A stretch of 64,000 bases of DNA from an uncultured Bacilli bacterium (GTDB taxonomy: Bacteria > Bacillota_I > Bacilli_A > RF39 > UBA660), in assembly GCA_944358675.1 (NCBI GenBank), contig CALVRN010000003.1:3163-67162 (forward strand), given 5' to 3'. This document shows positions 1 to 9,290 of the stretch, piece after piece. Every line of letters starts with the position of its first letter. Position 1 is the first letter of the stretch. Position numbers and translations under genes: made by a program. The notes under the pieces were generated by a model. The model ran no database searches. It was not told the DNA's origin and saw nothing but the letters and a program-made list of their open reading frames with translations.

Positions 1-1024
1 TTACTAAGACTACACTCATCATATCTTTAGTACCATTTACAAATGTTTCGACAAATTCATGTTCTTTGTAACCATTTATAAGAGCTATTATGATAGAAAT
101 TATTAAGAACCATAAAGCTGCTTCATAGAAATACCAACCACCAAGTGGAGTTCCGGTTAACCAACCTGTGAATTTATCAAATATGGTTATACCAAATTCA
201 CCCCAAGGAATGAAGCCGATGATCATAACTAAGAATGTTAAAGCAAATATTATAAGAGTTAATTTCTGTTTACTTGTTAATTTGGCTTTTGTTTGTTCTT
301 TTTCTTCACCATATGTTTCTTCCATGGCTTTTTGTTCTTGAAGTGATAGGAAGGTTGATCCTTTATCTTTTTGAACTTTTTTTGCGTAACGCATAACGAA
401 GAAGATAGATATGCCTAAAGTTGTTAACCAAAGTAAAACACCTAAGCCTATTATAATTCCTTGATTGACTTCAATGCCAGCTGGTAAGGCACTGACGGCG
501 GCTCCAACAGCAAATGGATTGATGGTTGAACCTAATACTCCAGATCCAGCACCAAGCAAGATGACTGAGGCTCCTACTAATGTGTCCATTCTAGCGGCAA
601 CCATAGTAGCAGCTAGTAAGGCATAAAATCCAACAGTTTCTTCAAGCATTCCATAGGTTGTACCACCTAATGAGAAAATAAACATCAAAATTGGAATTAA
701 TATTGTTTCTCTACCTTTTAATTTTTGAACTAAAACTTTGATACCGGTTTCTAAGGCTCCGGTTTTTGTTACAATGGCTAGGAAACCACCCAATATGATT
801 ACAAATATACAAACATCTATGGCATTTTCAAAGCCAAGTATTGGTGACATTAAAATGTCTGATATTTTGGCTCTAACGACTCCACTACCGTTAATAATAG
901 TGTCACCATTAAACTGAGCGATTGGTAAAATATATGAAAGAACTCCTAGAGCAAATATTAGTATTAAAATAATTGAAAAAGCTGATAACATTACTTTGTT
1001 TTTTGTTTTTTTGGTTTCTGTCAT
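1..1024 (-). CDS. YfcC/ArcD-family polytopic membrane transporter (putative arginine/ornithine antiporter of the arc operon). The 5' end is complete; the 3' end runs off the window
   Basis: Absent from the ORF track because the frame is open to position 1. My own reverse-strand translation from ATG 1024..1022 gives MTETKKTKNKVMLSAFSIILILIFALGVLSYILPIAQFNGDTIINGSGVV...GAGSGVLGSTINPFAVGAAV..., with many TM segments. GGAGGG RBS at 1030-1035. It lies immediately downstream of arcC, the position occupied by arcD-type permeases. Confidence 0.6.
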   Translation of the reverse strand, partial: MTETKKTKNKVMLSAFSIILILIFALGVLSYILPIAQFNGDTIINGSGVVRAKISDILMSPILGFENAIDVCIFVIILGGFLAIVTKTGALETGIKVLVQKLKGRETILIPILMFIFSLGGTTYGMLEETVGFYALLAATMVAARMDTLVGASVILLGAGSGVLGSTINPFAVGAAVSALPAGIEVNQGIIIGLGVLLWLTTLGISIFFVMRYAKKVQKDKGSTFLSLQEQKAMEETYGEEKEQTKAKLTSKQKLTLIIFALTFLVMIIGFIPWGEFGITIFDKFTGWLTGTPLGGWYFYEAALWFLIISIIIALINGYKEHEFVETFVNGTKDMMSVVLV

Positions 1025-1026
1025 TA

Positions 1027-1926
1027 TTATCCCTCCTTAATAACAGTCCCAGCTTTTCCGTTTAAAGCAGCATTAGCGTTTTCTAATGAGGCGATAATAG
1101 CTGTACCATGATGCTTTTCGGCAAAATCTAGGCAAGCTTCAATTTTTGGAAGCATACTTCCTTTAGCAAAATGTCCTTCTTCTATATATTTATGTGCTTC
1201 AGAAGTGGTAAGTTTATCTAGAGTTATTTCATTTTCTTTACCATAGTTTAAACAGACTTTATCGACAGCGGTTAAGATTAGTAAAATATCAGCCCCAATG
1301 TTTCCGGCTAATAGGGCTGCAGATTTATCTTTATCGATAACAGCATCAATACCTTCTAGACCTTTTTCTTTATCATTTATGACAGGTACGCCACCGCCTC
1401 CTAGGGCGATGACAAGGTATCCATCATCATTTAATCTTTTAATAACTTCTTCTTCGATTATTTTTATAGGTTTTGGTGATGGAACGACTCTTCTATATCC
1501 TCTACCGGCATCTTCAATGAAAGTATAGCCTTTTTCTTTGGTCATTTTTTCAGCTTCTTCTTTGGTATAAAATGTTCCGATTGGTTTTGTTGGATGTTTA
1601 AATGCTTCATCGTTTTTATCTACAAGTGTTTGGGTAATAACGGTTAGGCATGTTTTTTTAATATGTTTTTTATTTAATTCATCTTGAAGTGACTGCTGAA
1701 GCTGATAGCCAATATATCCTTGGCTCATGCCACCGCATTCTGGGAATGGCATTTCCATGTGATTGAATATTTCTCCTACTTGCGGACCATTACCATGAGT
1801 TAAAATAATATTATTATTTTTGGTTAATTCAGCAAGCATTGGAGCGATTAATTCTATTTTGGTTTGTTGCTCTTTAGCATTATTTCCTAAAGCATTACCT
1901 CCTAAGGCAATAACGATTTTACTCAT
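1027..1926 (-). CDS. arcC: carbamate kinase
   Basis: [13 protein letters not shown]... 299 aa with carbamate/amino-acid kinase fold motifs. Overlaps arcB by 8 nt. Confidence 0.9.
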   Translation of the reverse strand: MSKIVIALGGNALGNNAKEQQTKIELIAPMLAELTKNNNIILTHGNGPQVGEIFNHMEMPFPECGGMSQGYIGYQLQQSLQDELNKKHIKKTCLTVITQTLVDKNDEAFKHPTKPIGTFYTKEEAEKMTKEKGYTFIEDAGRGYRRVVPSPKPIKIIEEEVIKRLNDDGYLVIALGGGGVPVINDKEKGLEGIDAVIDKDKSAALLAGNIGADILLILTAVDKVCLNYGKENEITLDKLTTSEAHKYIEEGHFAKGSMLPKIEACLDFAEKHHGTAIIASLENANAALNGKAGTVIKEG

Positions 1927-2917
1927 TTTTATCCTTCATTGTGGCATACATTACAGCTTTGATTGTATGCATACGGTTTTCGGCTTCATCAAAAACTTTA
2001 GAGTGACTTGATTCAAAAACTTCATTGGTTACTTCCATTTCTGGTAAGCCAAATTTTTCATAAATTTCTTTACCAATTGTGGTTTTTAAATCGTGAAATG
2101 ATGGAAGGCAGTGTAAGAAGATTGCATTAGGATTTGCATTATTTAAAACTTCTTTAGTGACTTGGTATGGTTTTAGAAGTTTTATTCTTTCATTCCATAC
2201 TTCATCAGGTTCACCCATAGATACCCAAACATCAGTATAAATGACATCGGCATTTTTAGTAGCTTCTTTGACATTTTCTTCAAAGGTTAAATGACTACCA
2301 CTTGTTTTGGCTATTTTTTGACAAGTATCTATCAGTTCTTTGTTTGGCCATAAATCTTTTGGAGCGCAGCAAGTAAAGTTCATTCCCATTTTGGCTGATG
2401 CAACCATTAATGAATTTGCTACATTATTTCTAGCATCACCCATGAAGACAAAGTTAATGCCTTCTAGGTGTCCAAAATTTTCTTCAATAGTAAGCATGTC
2501 GGCTAGCATTTGGGTTGGATGAAATTCATTGGTTAAGCCATTCCAAACTGGTACACCAGCATAGGCTCCTAAGGTTTCAACTAGTGATTGATCGAAACCA
2601 CGATATTCGATTCCATCATACATACGACCTAGAACTCTTGCGGTATCTTCGATGCTTTCTTTTTTACCCATTTGAGAGCTTCCTGGATCTAGGTAGGTTA
2701 CACCCATTCCTAGGTCATGTCCGGCAACTTCAAAAGCACATCTTGTTCTTGTTGAGGTTTTTTCAAATAGTAAAACGATGTTTTTACCTTTTAAATATCG
2801 ATGAGGAATACCTTTTTTCTTTTTGTTTTTGAAGTCTTTAGATAGATCTAGTAAGTATCTAATTTCTTCTTTTGAATAATCTAATAGTTTTAAAAAGTTT
2901 CTTCCTTGTAAATTCAT
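1919..2917 (-). CDS. arcB: ornithine carbamoyltransferase (catabolic)
   Basis: STRTRCAFE carbamoyl-phosphate-binding motif and HCLP motif. 332 aa. Confidence 0.9.
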   Translation of the reverse strand: MNLQGRNFLKLLDYSKEEIRYLLDLSKDFKNKKKKGIPHRYLKGKNIVLLFEKTSTRTRCAFEVAGHDLGMGVTYLDPGSSQMGKKESIEDTARVLGRMYDGIEYRGFDQSLVETLGAYAGVPVWNGLTNEFHPTQMLADMLTIEENFGHLEGINFVFMGDARNNVANSLMVASAKMGMNFTCCAPKDLWPNKELIDTCQKIAKTSGSHLTFEENVKEATKNADVIYTDVWVSMGEPDEVWNERIKLLKPYQVTKEVLNNANPNAIFLHCLPSFHDLKTTIGKEIYEKFGLPEMEVTNEVFESSHSKVFDEAENRMHTIKAVMYATMKDKNE

Positions 2918-2931
2918 ATTATGTTCCTTTC

Positions 2932-4173
2932 TTATTTTTCTCTAACTAATGGCATACTCATACATCTTGGTCCACCACGACCTCTTGAAAGTTCGGCACT
3001 ACTCATTTCAATTACTTTAAGGCCATATTCTCTTAACACTCTATTGGTTTCAGTATTTCTATTATAGACAACTACCACTCCTGGAGCGATTGCGAGAGTA
3101 TTACTACCATCGTTCCACTGCTCTCTTTGAGATGCTACTTCATCTCCTCCAGCACATGGAATTAAAGTTATGTCTAGTCCTAAATATTTTTCTAATATTT
3201 CTTCTAGAGAACCAGTCATTTCTTTAACGTTTAAGTCTTCATCACTATCTGGGTCATTTCCTTCTTTGATTTCATACACTTTTAATGTTTCCATAATTCC
3301 TGGATGATAAGTAAATTTATCATAATCAACTTGTGTAAATACGGTGTCTAGGTGCATGAACGCTCTTGACACTGGAATGTCAAAGGCTAAGATTGTATCA
3401 ATTTTACTTTCTTTATCTTTGAAAATATTTTTAGCTAATTGATCGATAGCTCCAGCTTCGGTTCTTTGAGAGATACCAATAGCTAAAACGTGATCGTTTA
3501 GATTTAAAACATCTCCACCTTCAATATGACATTCTTCATATCGATCATAATATTTTGGAACTTGTCCTTTAAATTTTGGATGGTAATTAAAAATATATTC
3601 AGCGTAAATTGTCTCTCTATTTCTAGTTACAGAATACATTTTATTTAAGGTTATACCTTCACCCACACTAGCAAAATTATCTCTTGTAAAGTATAGGTTT
3701 GGCATTGGGTCAGTAATAAAATCTGAATCTTCGCTTACTAAGTCAACTAGCGATTTATCTAGTCTTCTTTTTTCATAATCTAGTTCACTGATTCTGATTC
3801 CTTCCATTGTTTTTAAGACTAGGTCTTTATTGTTTTCGATACTATTTAAATATTCTAATACTAAGTATTTATATTTAGGTGTATCAACCCCGGCTTCAAT
3901 TATAAACTGTTTAATAAATCTTTCTTTGATGTCTGGTCTTTGGTCTAAGACTTCAGTCATCAAATCTTCGAGATAAAACACTTTTACTCCATTTTCTTTT
4001 AGTATGTTTGCGAATTCATCGTGTTCTTTTTGAGCAACTTCAAGATATGGAATATCATCAAAAAGTAATCTTTCTAAGGTGTCTGGTGTTAAGTTTAATA
4101 ATTCTTTTCCTGGTCTATGGAGTAATACTTCTTTTAAAGGTTTTATTTCGCTTGTGACATCAATTGCACTCAT
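2932..4173 (-). CDS. arcA: arginine deiminase
   Basis: 413 aa. [13 protein letters not shown]-terminus, PNLYFTRD, and C-terminal [12 protein letters not shown] catalytic-Cys region typical of ADI. Confidence 0.92.
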   Translation of the reverse strand: MSAIDVTSEIKPLKEVLLHRPGKELLNLTPDTLERLLFDDIPYLEVAQKEHDEFANILKENGVKVFYLEDLMTEVLDQRPDIKERFIKQFIIEAGVDTPKYKYLVLEYLNSIENNKDLVLKTMEGIRISELDYEKRRLDKSLVDLVSEDSDFITDPMPNLYFTRDNFASVGEGITLNKMYSVTRNRETIYAEYIFNYHPKFKGQVPKYYDRYEECHIEGGDVLNLNDHVLAIGISQRTEAGAIDQLAKNIFKDKESKIDTILAFDIPVSRAFMHLDTVFTQVDYDKFTYHPGIMETLKVYEIKEGNDPDSDEDLNVKEMTGSLEEILEKYLGLDITLIPCAGGDEVASQREQWNDGSNTLAIAPGVVVVYNRNTETNRVLREYGLKVIEMSSAELSRGRGGPRCMSMPLVREK

Positions 4174-4396
4174 TTCATATCCTCCTTATATTATCATGAT
4201 AGCATATTTTGTGATTTTATTTTGAGTCAAATATGTTTTAAATGCCTTATTTACACAAATTGACGCAAAAATTACTTTTTTATTTAATATTAACTATTTT
4301 TCACAAATTATTACTATTTTGTGTGCTATAATTTTTGAGGTGTTTATACTTTTTTTATATTTATGGGTTTTTAACCTTATTTTATAAGCAAAAGTC

Positions 4397-4425
4397 TTGA
4401 CTTTAAGGTTAATTGCATATATAAT
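4397..4425 (+). promoter_or_regulatory. consensus sigma-A-type promoter for rpsD: TTGACT - 17 nt - TATAAT
   Basis: TTGACT at 4397-4402, 17-nt spacer, TATAAT at 4420-4425. A roughly 155 nt leader then precedes the rpsD ATG at 4580. Confidence 0.6.
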
Positions 4426-4579
4426 TAATGACAGCGTGTTAAAGCAGCGTTATTTTGGAGATTATAATGTGGATATTCCCTATAGGGGTTACTTATTTGG
4501 CTGCGAAATTAAGTATTGATATATTCCACCCTATAGTTTTGCAAAATAACCTTTCGCGCTAGTGGAAGGAGGAATTTAA

Positions 4580-5185
4580 ATGGCAAGATATCTTGGACCA
4601 ACTTACAAAAAATCTAGACGTTTTGGTTTTTCTGTTTTAGAAAATGGAAAAGAATTAGCTAAAAAACCTTATGCACCTGGTGAGCATGGTCAAGACCGTA
4701 AGAAAAAATTATCTAACTATGGTATTCAATTACAAGAAAAACAAAAGGTTAAATTCATGTATGGTTTAAGTGAGAAACAAATGGAAAAAACTTTTGAAAA
4801 AGCAGTTAAAATGAAAGGTGTCAACGGTGAAAACTTACTTAAATTATTAGAAAGTCGTTTAGATAATTTAGTTTACCGCATTGGATTTGCTACTACTAGA
4901 AAAGGTGCTAGACAACTTGTTAACCACGGACATGTTACTGTTAATGGTAAAAGAGTTGATATTCCATCTTATCAAGTTAAACCTGGTGATGTTATCAGTT
5001 TAATGGAAAATGATAAAGAAATGGCTATTGTTAAATCTTCTTTAGAAGCTTTACATAATAGAGTCGAATTTATTTCTTATGATGATAAGAAAATGGAAGC
5101 TACTTATGTTAGGTATCCAGAACGTAGTGAATTAAATGCTGATATTGATGAAGCATTAATTATCGAATACTACAACAGAAATTAA
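4580..5185 (+). CDS. rpsD: 30S ribosomal protein S4
   Basis: MARYLGPTYKKSRRFG... 201 aa. GGAAGGAGG RBS at 4564-4572. Confidence 0.95.
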   Translation: MARYLGPTYKKSRRFGFSVLENGKELAKKPYAPGEHGQDRKKKLSNYGIQLQEKQKVKFMYGLSEKQMEKTFEKAVKMKGVNGENLLKLLESRLDNLVYRIGFATTRKGARQLVNHGHVTVNGKRVDIPSYQVKPGDVISLMENDKEMAIVKSSLEALHNRVEFISYDDKKMEATYVRYPERSELNADIDEALIIEYYNRN

Positions 5186-5295
5186 GGGAACATTTTGTTC
5201 TCTTTTTTTATTATAATCTATTTTTTAAAACGTTAAGCGACAATTTATGAGGTGCTGCTAAAAACCTTTGTACAATGAGTACGAGGTGGTAACAA

Positions 5296-5757
5296 TTGGC
5301 AACATTTTTTAAAAGAATCCACGATTTAAGAGTAGATAATGATTTGAAGCAAAAGGATATTGCTTCTATATTAAAAGTTAATGTTAATACTTATCCACAT
5401 TGGGAAAGTGGAATGTATGAAATACCTATTGAGATGGTTGATAAACTATCTAAGTTTTATAATTGTTCTATAGATTATTTAACCGGACTCTCTAAGGATC
5501 GCGGTGTTTTCATTAATTATTTTAACAGTGAAGAGATGTTTATTAGACTTAAAAGATTACGCAAGGAAAATAATTTATCACAATTTGAAATTGGCAGTAA
5601 ATTAGGATTTGGGCAAATGAACTGGTGTAGATATGAATCTGGAAAAGTGTTAATTCCTTTTTCTAAACTTTATTTAGTTGCGAAAGAGTTTAATATTTCT
5701 TTAGATTATTTAATGGGTAAAACTGATGATAAGAATATTAAAATTTTGACACATTAA
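5296..5757 (+). CDS. XRE-family transcriptional regulator with two tandem HTH domains
   Basis: Two copies of the Cro/C1-type HTH pattern (LKQKDIASILKVNVNTYPHWESG and NNLSQFEIGSKLGFGQMNWCRYESG). 153 aa. Confidence 0.7.
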   Translation: MATFFKRIHDLRVDNDLKQKDIASILKVNVNTYPHWESGMYEIPIEMVDKLSKFYNCSIDYLTGLSKDRGVFINYFNSEEMFIRLKRLRKENNLSQFEIGSKLGFGQMNWCRYESGKVLIPFSKLYLVAKEFNISLDYLMGKTDDKNIKILTH

Positions 5758-5760
5758 AAC

Positions 5761-5782
5761 TAGGATTTTGTCCTAGTTTTTG
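5761..5782. terminator. hairpin CTAGGATTTTGTCCTAG plus T-run between convergent genes
   Basis: Inverted repeat ctagga/tcctag followed by tttttg. Lies between the stop of the XRE gene and the stop of the Rpn-like gene. Confidence 0.5.
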
Positions 5783-6671
5783 TTATAGATTATTAGCAAG
5801 TTTTGTAATTTCATTTTTGTGCAAGCCAGTTAGTTTTGCAATTTCTTCTACGTTCATGTTTGCCTTTAACATATTTTGAGCTATATTTAATGCACTATTT
5901 TTTGCACCACGTTTTTCACCACGTTTTTGCCCTTTAGCTTCAGCTTCTTCACGGTCAATTTTATGCATCCAAGCTTCCATTTCGGCTTTGTCATATAAAC
6001 CTATCATGTGTTTGTCATCGTTTAAATCTGAAATTATTTTTTCCATAGCCATTAAATCATCATCTCCTTTCGAAATATCTTTTAAATCTTTTTGGCTAGT
6101 AATGTCTAACATTGCAGCTATCTTTTCAAATTTAGTCATTTTCTCTTTACCTTTAGTATAATACTTTTCTTTCGCAAATTCTATATTTATATGTATTCTT
6201 TTGAAATTTTCTTCATCAGTACTTTTGCCATCTTTATTTCTCATTTTATAATCATCTGGCAATAATTCATTTTTTAATCTTTTTTTTACTATTGATATTA
6301 ATTTGTAAAACACAGCCATCATCAAAATCATCACCAGCCTGAAATTTTTCATGAGCTAGTTTATGATGATAAGAATTATTTTTAAGTTTAGTACTTTTAT
6401 TATTATTTCTGTTAGCTTCAATATTGATAATATCATCATCAATTTTAATAATTAAGTCAGCTATTTTTTTCTTTTCATCGTAATGTTTTATGGACATTTC
6501 GGTATTTAGAAAAACTAAATTTTTATAAATATAACCTTCCGAATATTCAGTTAATTTACTTAAGAAATAAGATAATGTTTTTCTGAAGTTTTTATTTTGA
6601 AAAAGTGATTTAAATACAGGGTCAAACATTGTAGGCATCATTTTGCTTTTTGCTTTAACTTGATTTGTCAT
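5783..6671 (-). pseudogene. Rpn-family (YhgA-like, PD-(D/E)XK) recombination-promoting nuclease / putative transposase, split by a frameshift
   Basis: The N-terminal ORF 6267..6671 has MMPTMFDPVFKSLF plus a nuclease-core-like segment ADLIIKIDDDIINIEAN. The C-terminal ORF 5783..6352 ends with ...NIAQNMLKANMNVEEIAKLTGLHKNEITKL, typical of this family. The two frames overlap at 6267-6352 across an A8 homopolymer (T8 on the plus strand, 6280-6287). The combined length of about 296 aa matches family size. Confidence 0.6.
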
Positions 6672-6757
6672 TTTTGTCCTCCTCTATATATAAACATACG
6701 ACATTTTTGCATTATTTCCTTTTTTTCAAACGAAAAAAACTATAAAATTATAATTTT

Positions 6758-7987
6758 TTATAGTTTTATAGTTCCAATAAAGTATTTCTTTTTACCTCTT
6801 CTTAACACTAAAATTTCATTATCAATAGCTATTTCTTTAGTTACTGTATAATTTTCATCAGTGATTTTTTCTTCATTTATAGTAATACTTCCAGCATTTA
6901 CAAATTCTCTAGCTTCTCTTTTACTAGAAGCTATTTTATTATTAACAAGCATATCAATGATATTTACATTATTTTCTGTTTCAAATGTTGGTACTCCTTT
7001 AAAGACATCTTCTATTTCTTTTTTAGTTAGATTCTTAACATGTCCACTAAATAGAGCTTCACTCATTTCTTTGGCTTTTTCAGCTTCTTTTTCTCCGTGT
7101 AAGAAGGTAACTACTTCTTTAGCTAAAGTTTTTTGGGCAATTCTAGTTTCTGGATGAGCTGTTTGCTGTTTCTCGATATCTTCAATTTCTTCTTTTGTTA
7201 AGAAGGTAAATATTTTTAAGTAATCAATGACTTTTTCATCATCACTATTTAATAGATATTGATATATTTCATAGCTAGATGTTTTGTTTTTATCAAGCCA
7301 AAAGGCATTTCCTTCTGATTTACCAAATTTTTTTCCATTTTTATCGGTAACTAATGGCATTGTAAAGCCATATACTTCATCACCTGTTTTTTTTCTGATT
7401 AAATCAATACCAGCCGTGATGTTACCCCACTGATCAGAACCAGCACATTCTAGTGTACAATTTCTAGTTTGATAAAGGTGAAGATAATCTAAGGCTTGCA
7501 TTATCATATATGAAAACTCTGTATAAGTAATTCCAGTATCTAATCTTCTTCTAATTATATCTTTATCTAGCATATAATTTATATTAAAATATTTTCCGTA
7601 ATCTCTTAGAAAGTCAATAAAATTAATATCTTTAGACCAGTCATAGTTATTGACTACTTCAAATCCAAATAAATCTTCTACTTGTTTTTTTAAACATTCA
7701 TAGTTGTGCTGAATCACTTCTACTGGTTGCATTTGTCTTTCTTCGGTTGGTCTAGGATCTCCTATTCTACCGGTTGCTCCACCAACTAATAAAATAGGAT
7801 GATGTCCGGCTTTTTCTAATCTTTTGCTGATTAAAAACGTTGATAAATGGCCAAGGTGCAGACTATCGGCTGTTGGATCTGTTCCGATATAGAAAGTTAA
7901 TCCACCATTATTTAATTTTTCTTCTAAATCTTCACCTGCTTCATCTTTAATTAGACCTCTCCATTTTAATTCATCATATAGTTTCAT
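6758..7987 (-). CDS. tyrS: tyrosine--tRNA ligase
   Basis: 409 aa with HLGH(L) and KFGKS class-I motifs. The start ATG shares one nt with the deoC stop (TAATG), and a GAGGAGG RBS lies inside the deoC 3' end. Confidence 0.93.
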   Translation of the reverse strand: MKLYDELKWRGLIKDEAGEDLEEKLNNGGLTFYIGTDPTADSLHLGHLSTFLISKRLEKAGHHPILLVGGATGRIGDPRPTEERQMQPVEVIQHNYECLKKQVEDLFGFEVVNNYDWSKDINFIDFLRDYGKYFNINYMLDKDIIRRRLDTGITYTEFSYMIMQALDYLHLYQTRNCTLECAGSDQWGNITAGIDLIRKKTGDEVYGFTMPLVTDKNGKKFGKSEGNAFWLDKNKTSSYEIYQYLLNSDDEKVIDYLKIFTFLTKEEIEDIEKQQTAHPETRIAQKTLAKEVVTFLHGEKEAEKAKEMSEALFSGHVKNLTKKEIEDVFKGVPTFETENNVNIIDMLVNNKIASSKREAREFVNAGSITINEEKITDENYTVTKEIAIDNEILVLRRGKKKYFIGTIKL

Positions 7988-8682
7988 TATTTATCCTCCT
8001 CACAGTGGCAGTGGTCACATTTTTCTTCGCAATTACAGTTCATATGTGTTACTATTTCTACACTATTACTAGTGCCTATTCTAGTAGCTCCTGCTTTAAT
8101 TAATTCATTCATTTGTTTAAATGTTTTTATACCACCACTAGCTTTTATTTCTAATACTTCGTTTTTATGTTTGTTTATTAACTCAACATCTTCTAAGCTT
8201 ACTCCACGACTTCCAAAACCAGTATTGGTTTTTATGAAATTAACAAAGGTTTCATTACAGATTTCGGTCATTTTTATTATTTCTTCTTCTGTAAGTAAAG
8301 ATGTTTCAATAATTACTTTTAATGTTTTTCCATCAATTTGATCTCTAATTTCTTCGATTTCTGACTTTACATAATCATAATCTTTGTCTTTTAAAGCTCC
8401 TACATTGATAACCATATCTATTTCATCGGCTCCATTTTCAGTAGCTTCAATAGCTTCATAAGCTTTTACTTTTGGGGTGTTCATTCCGAGTGGAAACCCA
8501 ACAACAGTACATACTCCAATATTAGTATCTTTAAGTAAATCTTTAGCCAAAGTTACATAATATGGATGAACACATACTGTTTCAAAGCCATATTCTATAG
8601 CCTCATGACATAGTTTAGCAATGTCTTCTTCTTTCGCATCCATTTTTAAATTTGTGTGGTCAATATATTTTCCTATTTCCAT
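7987..8682 (-). CDS. deoC: deoxyribose-phosphate aldolase with a Cys/His-rich C-terminal tail
   Basis: 231 aa, DeoC TIM-barrel pattern (...KVIIETSLLTEEE..., ASGGI...). It carries an extra C-terminal HMNCNCEEKCDHCHCEEDK tail. Confidence 0.85.
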   Translation of the reverse strand: MEIGKYIDHTNLKMDAKEEDIAKLCHEAIEYGFETVCVHPYYVTLAKDLLKDTNIGVCTVVGFPLGMNTPKVKAYEAIEATENGADEIDMVINVGALKDKDYDYVKSEIEEIRDQIDGKTLKVIIETSLLTEEEIIKMTEICNETFVNFIKTNTGFGSRGVSLEDVELINKHKNEVLEIKASGGIKTFKQMNELIKAGATRIGTSNSVEIVTHMNCNCEEKCDHCHCEEDK

Positions 8683-8699
8683 GTTTATTCCTCCTTCAA

Positions 8700-8945
8700 T
8701 AAAAAGATACTATGAATTATAAGGACGAGTTTTTCCCGCGGTACCACCTTATTTCATAGTATCTATGCTTCTTTATCTGATAACGGTGATTAACCGGTTT
8801 GACTATAAATAGTGTAATTCATTATTTAACCTTGGTTAGTTTTCATCTACCACTAACTTTCTAATTACTAGTTAAATAATTACTAGGTTATTTGTCCACA
8901 TCAATTAATAAGACTATAACACAAAGGTTTTACGTTTGTCAAATG
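8700..8945 (-). promoter_or_regulatory. T-box riboswitch leader upstream of deoC-tyrS (promoter, Stem I, antiterminator/terminator)
   Basis: The reverse complement of 8735-8749 is AGGTGGTACCGCGGG, the T-box consensus. Terminator arms GATACTATGAA (8706-8716) and TTCATAGTATC (8753-8763) flank it, with a U-run after. Candidate specifier context GAAUUACAC (UAC then A, i.e. Tyr). Candidate promoter TTGACA - 17 - TTATAG near 8942-8914. Confidence 0.75.
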
Positions 8946-9146
8946 TTTTATCAAAAAATAACAAAATGTTATTGTGATTAGTGTCATTATTTGTTATAAT
9001 CATATATAAGGAATGTTCAATAGAGTTGGTGCGACCTCTTTTTCAAAAAGGAGGTGGTGCTTGTGACTAAAAGAGAAAAAGCTCTTTATGCCATAATATC
9101 CCTTCTATTTATTTTAATATTTATTATATTATTTAAATAGAAAAAT

Positions 9147-9180
9147 GCACCTAACTCATTTGCTTCAATGATTTAGGTGC
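9147..9180 (-). terminator. rho-independent terminator downstream of leuS
   Basis: Perfect 8-bp inverted repeat gcacctaa / ttaggtgc (9147-9154 and 9173-9180). It is followed on the minus strand by ATTTTTCTATTT. Confidence 0.5.
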
Positions 9181-9290
9181 GACAACCAAATTGGCCCTAT
9201 TCAACATTGCAGTATTGAATGTTCCTTTTTTATTTTATGAGATTTCTCTCATCTATATACATTTTATCACAAATTTAACTTTATGGCAAA

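Noticed and set aside
1298-2011. Plus-strand ORFs 1298..1528 and 1820..2011 opposite arcC/arcB
   Set aside because: Antisense shadow ORFs within strongly supported arc genes.
4174-4396. Tried to assign ArgR/ArcR/cre operators and a specific promoter for arcA in the divergent intergenic region
   Set aside because: Only imperfect matches were found (TTGACT with a 23-nt spacer to TATCAT; no clean TGTGA-N6-TCACA or cre). I do not assert specific sites without a motif scan.
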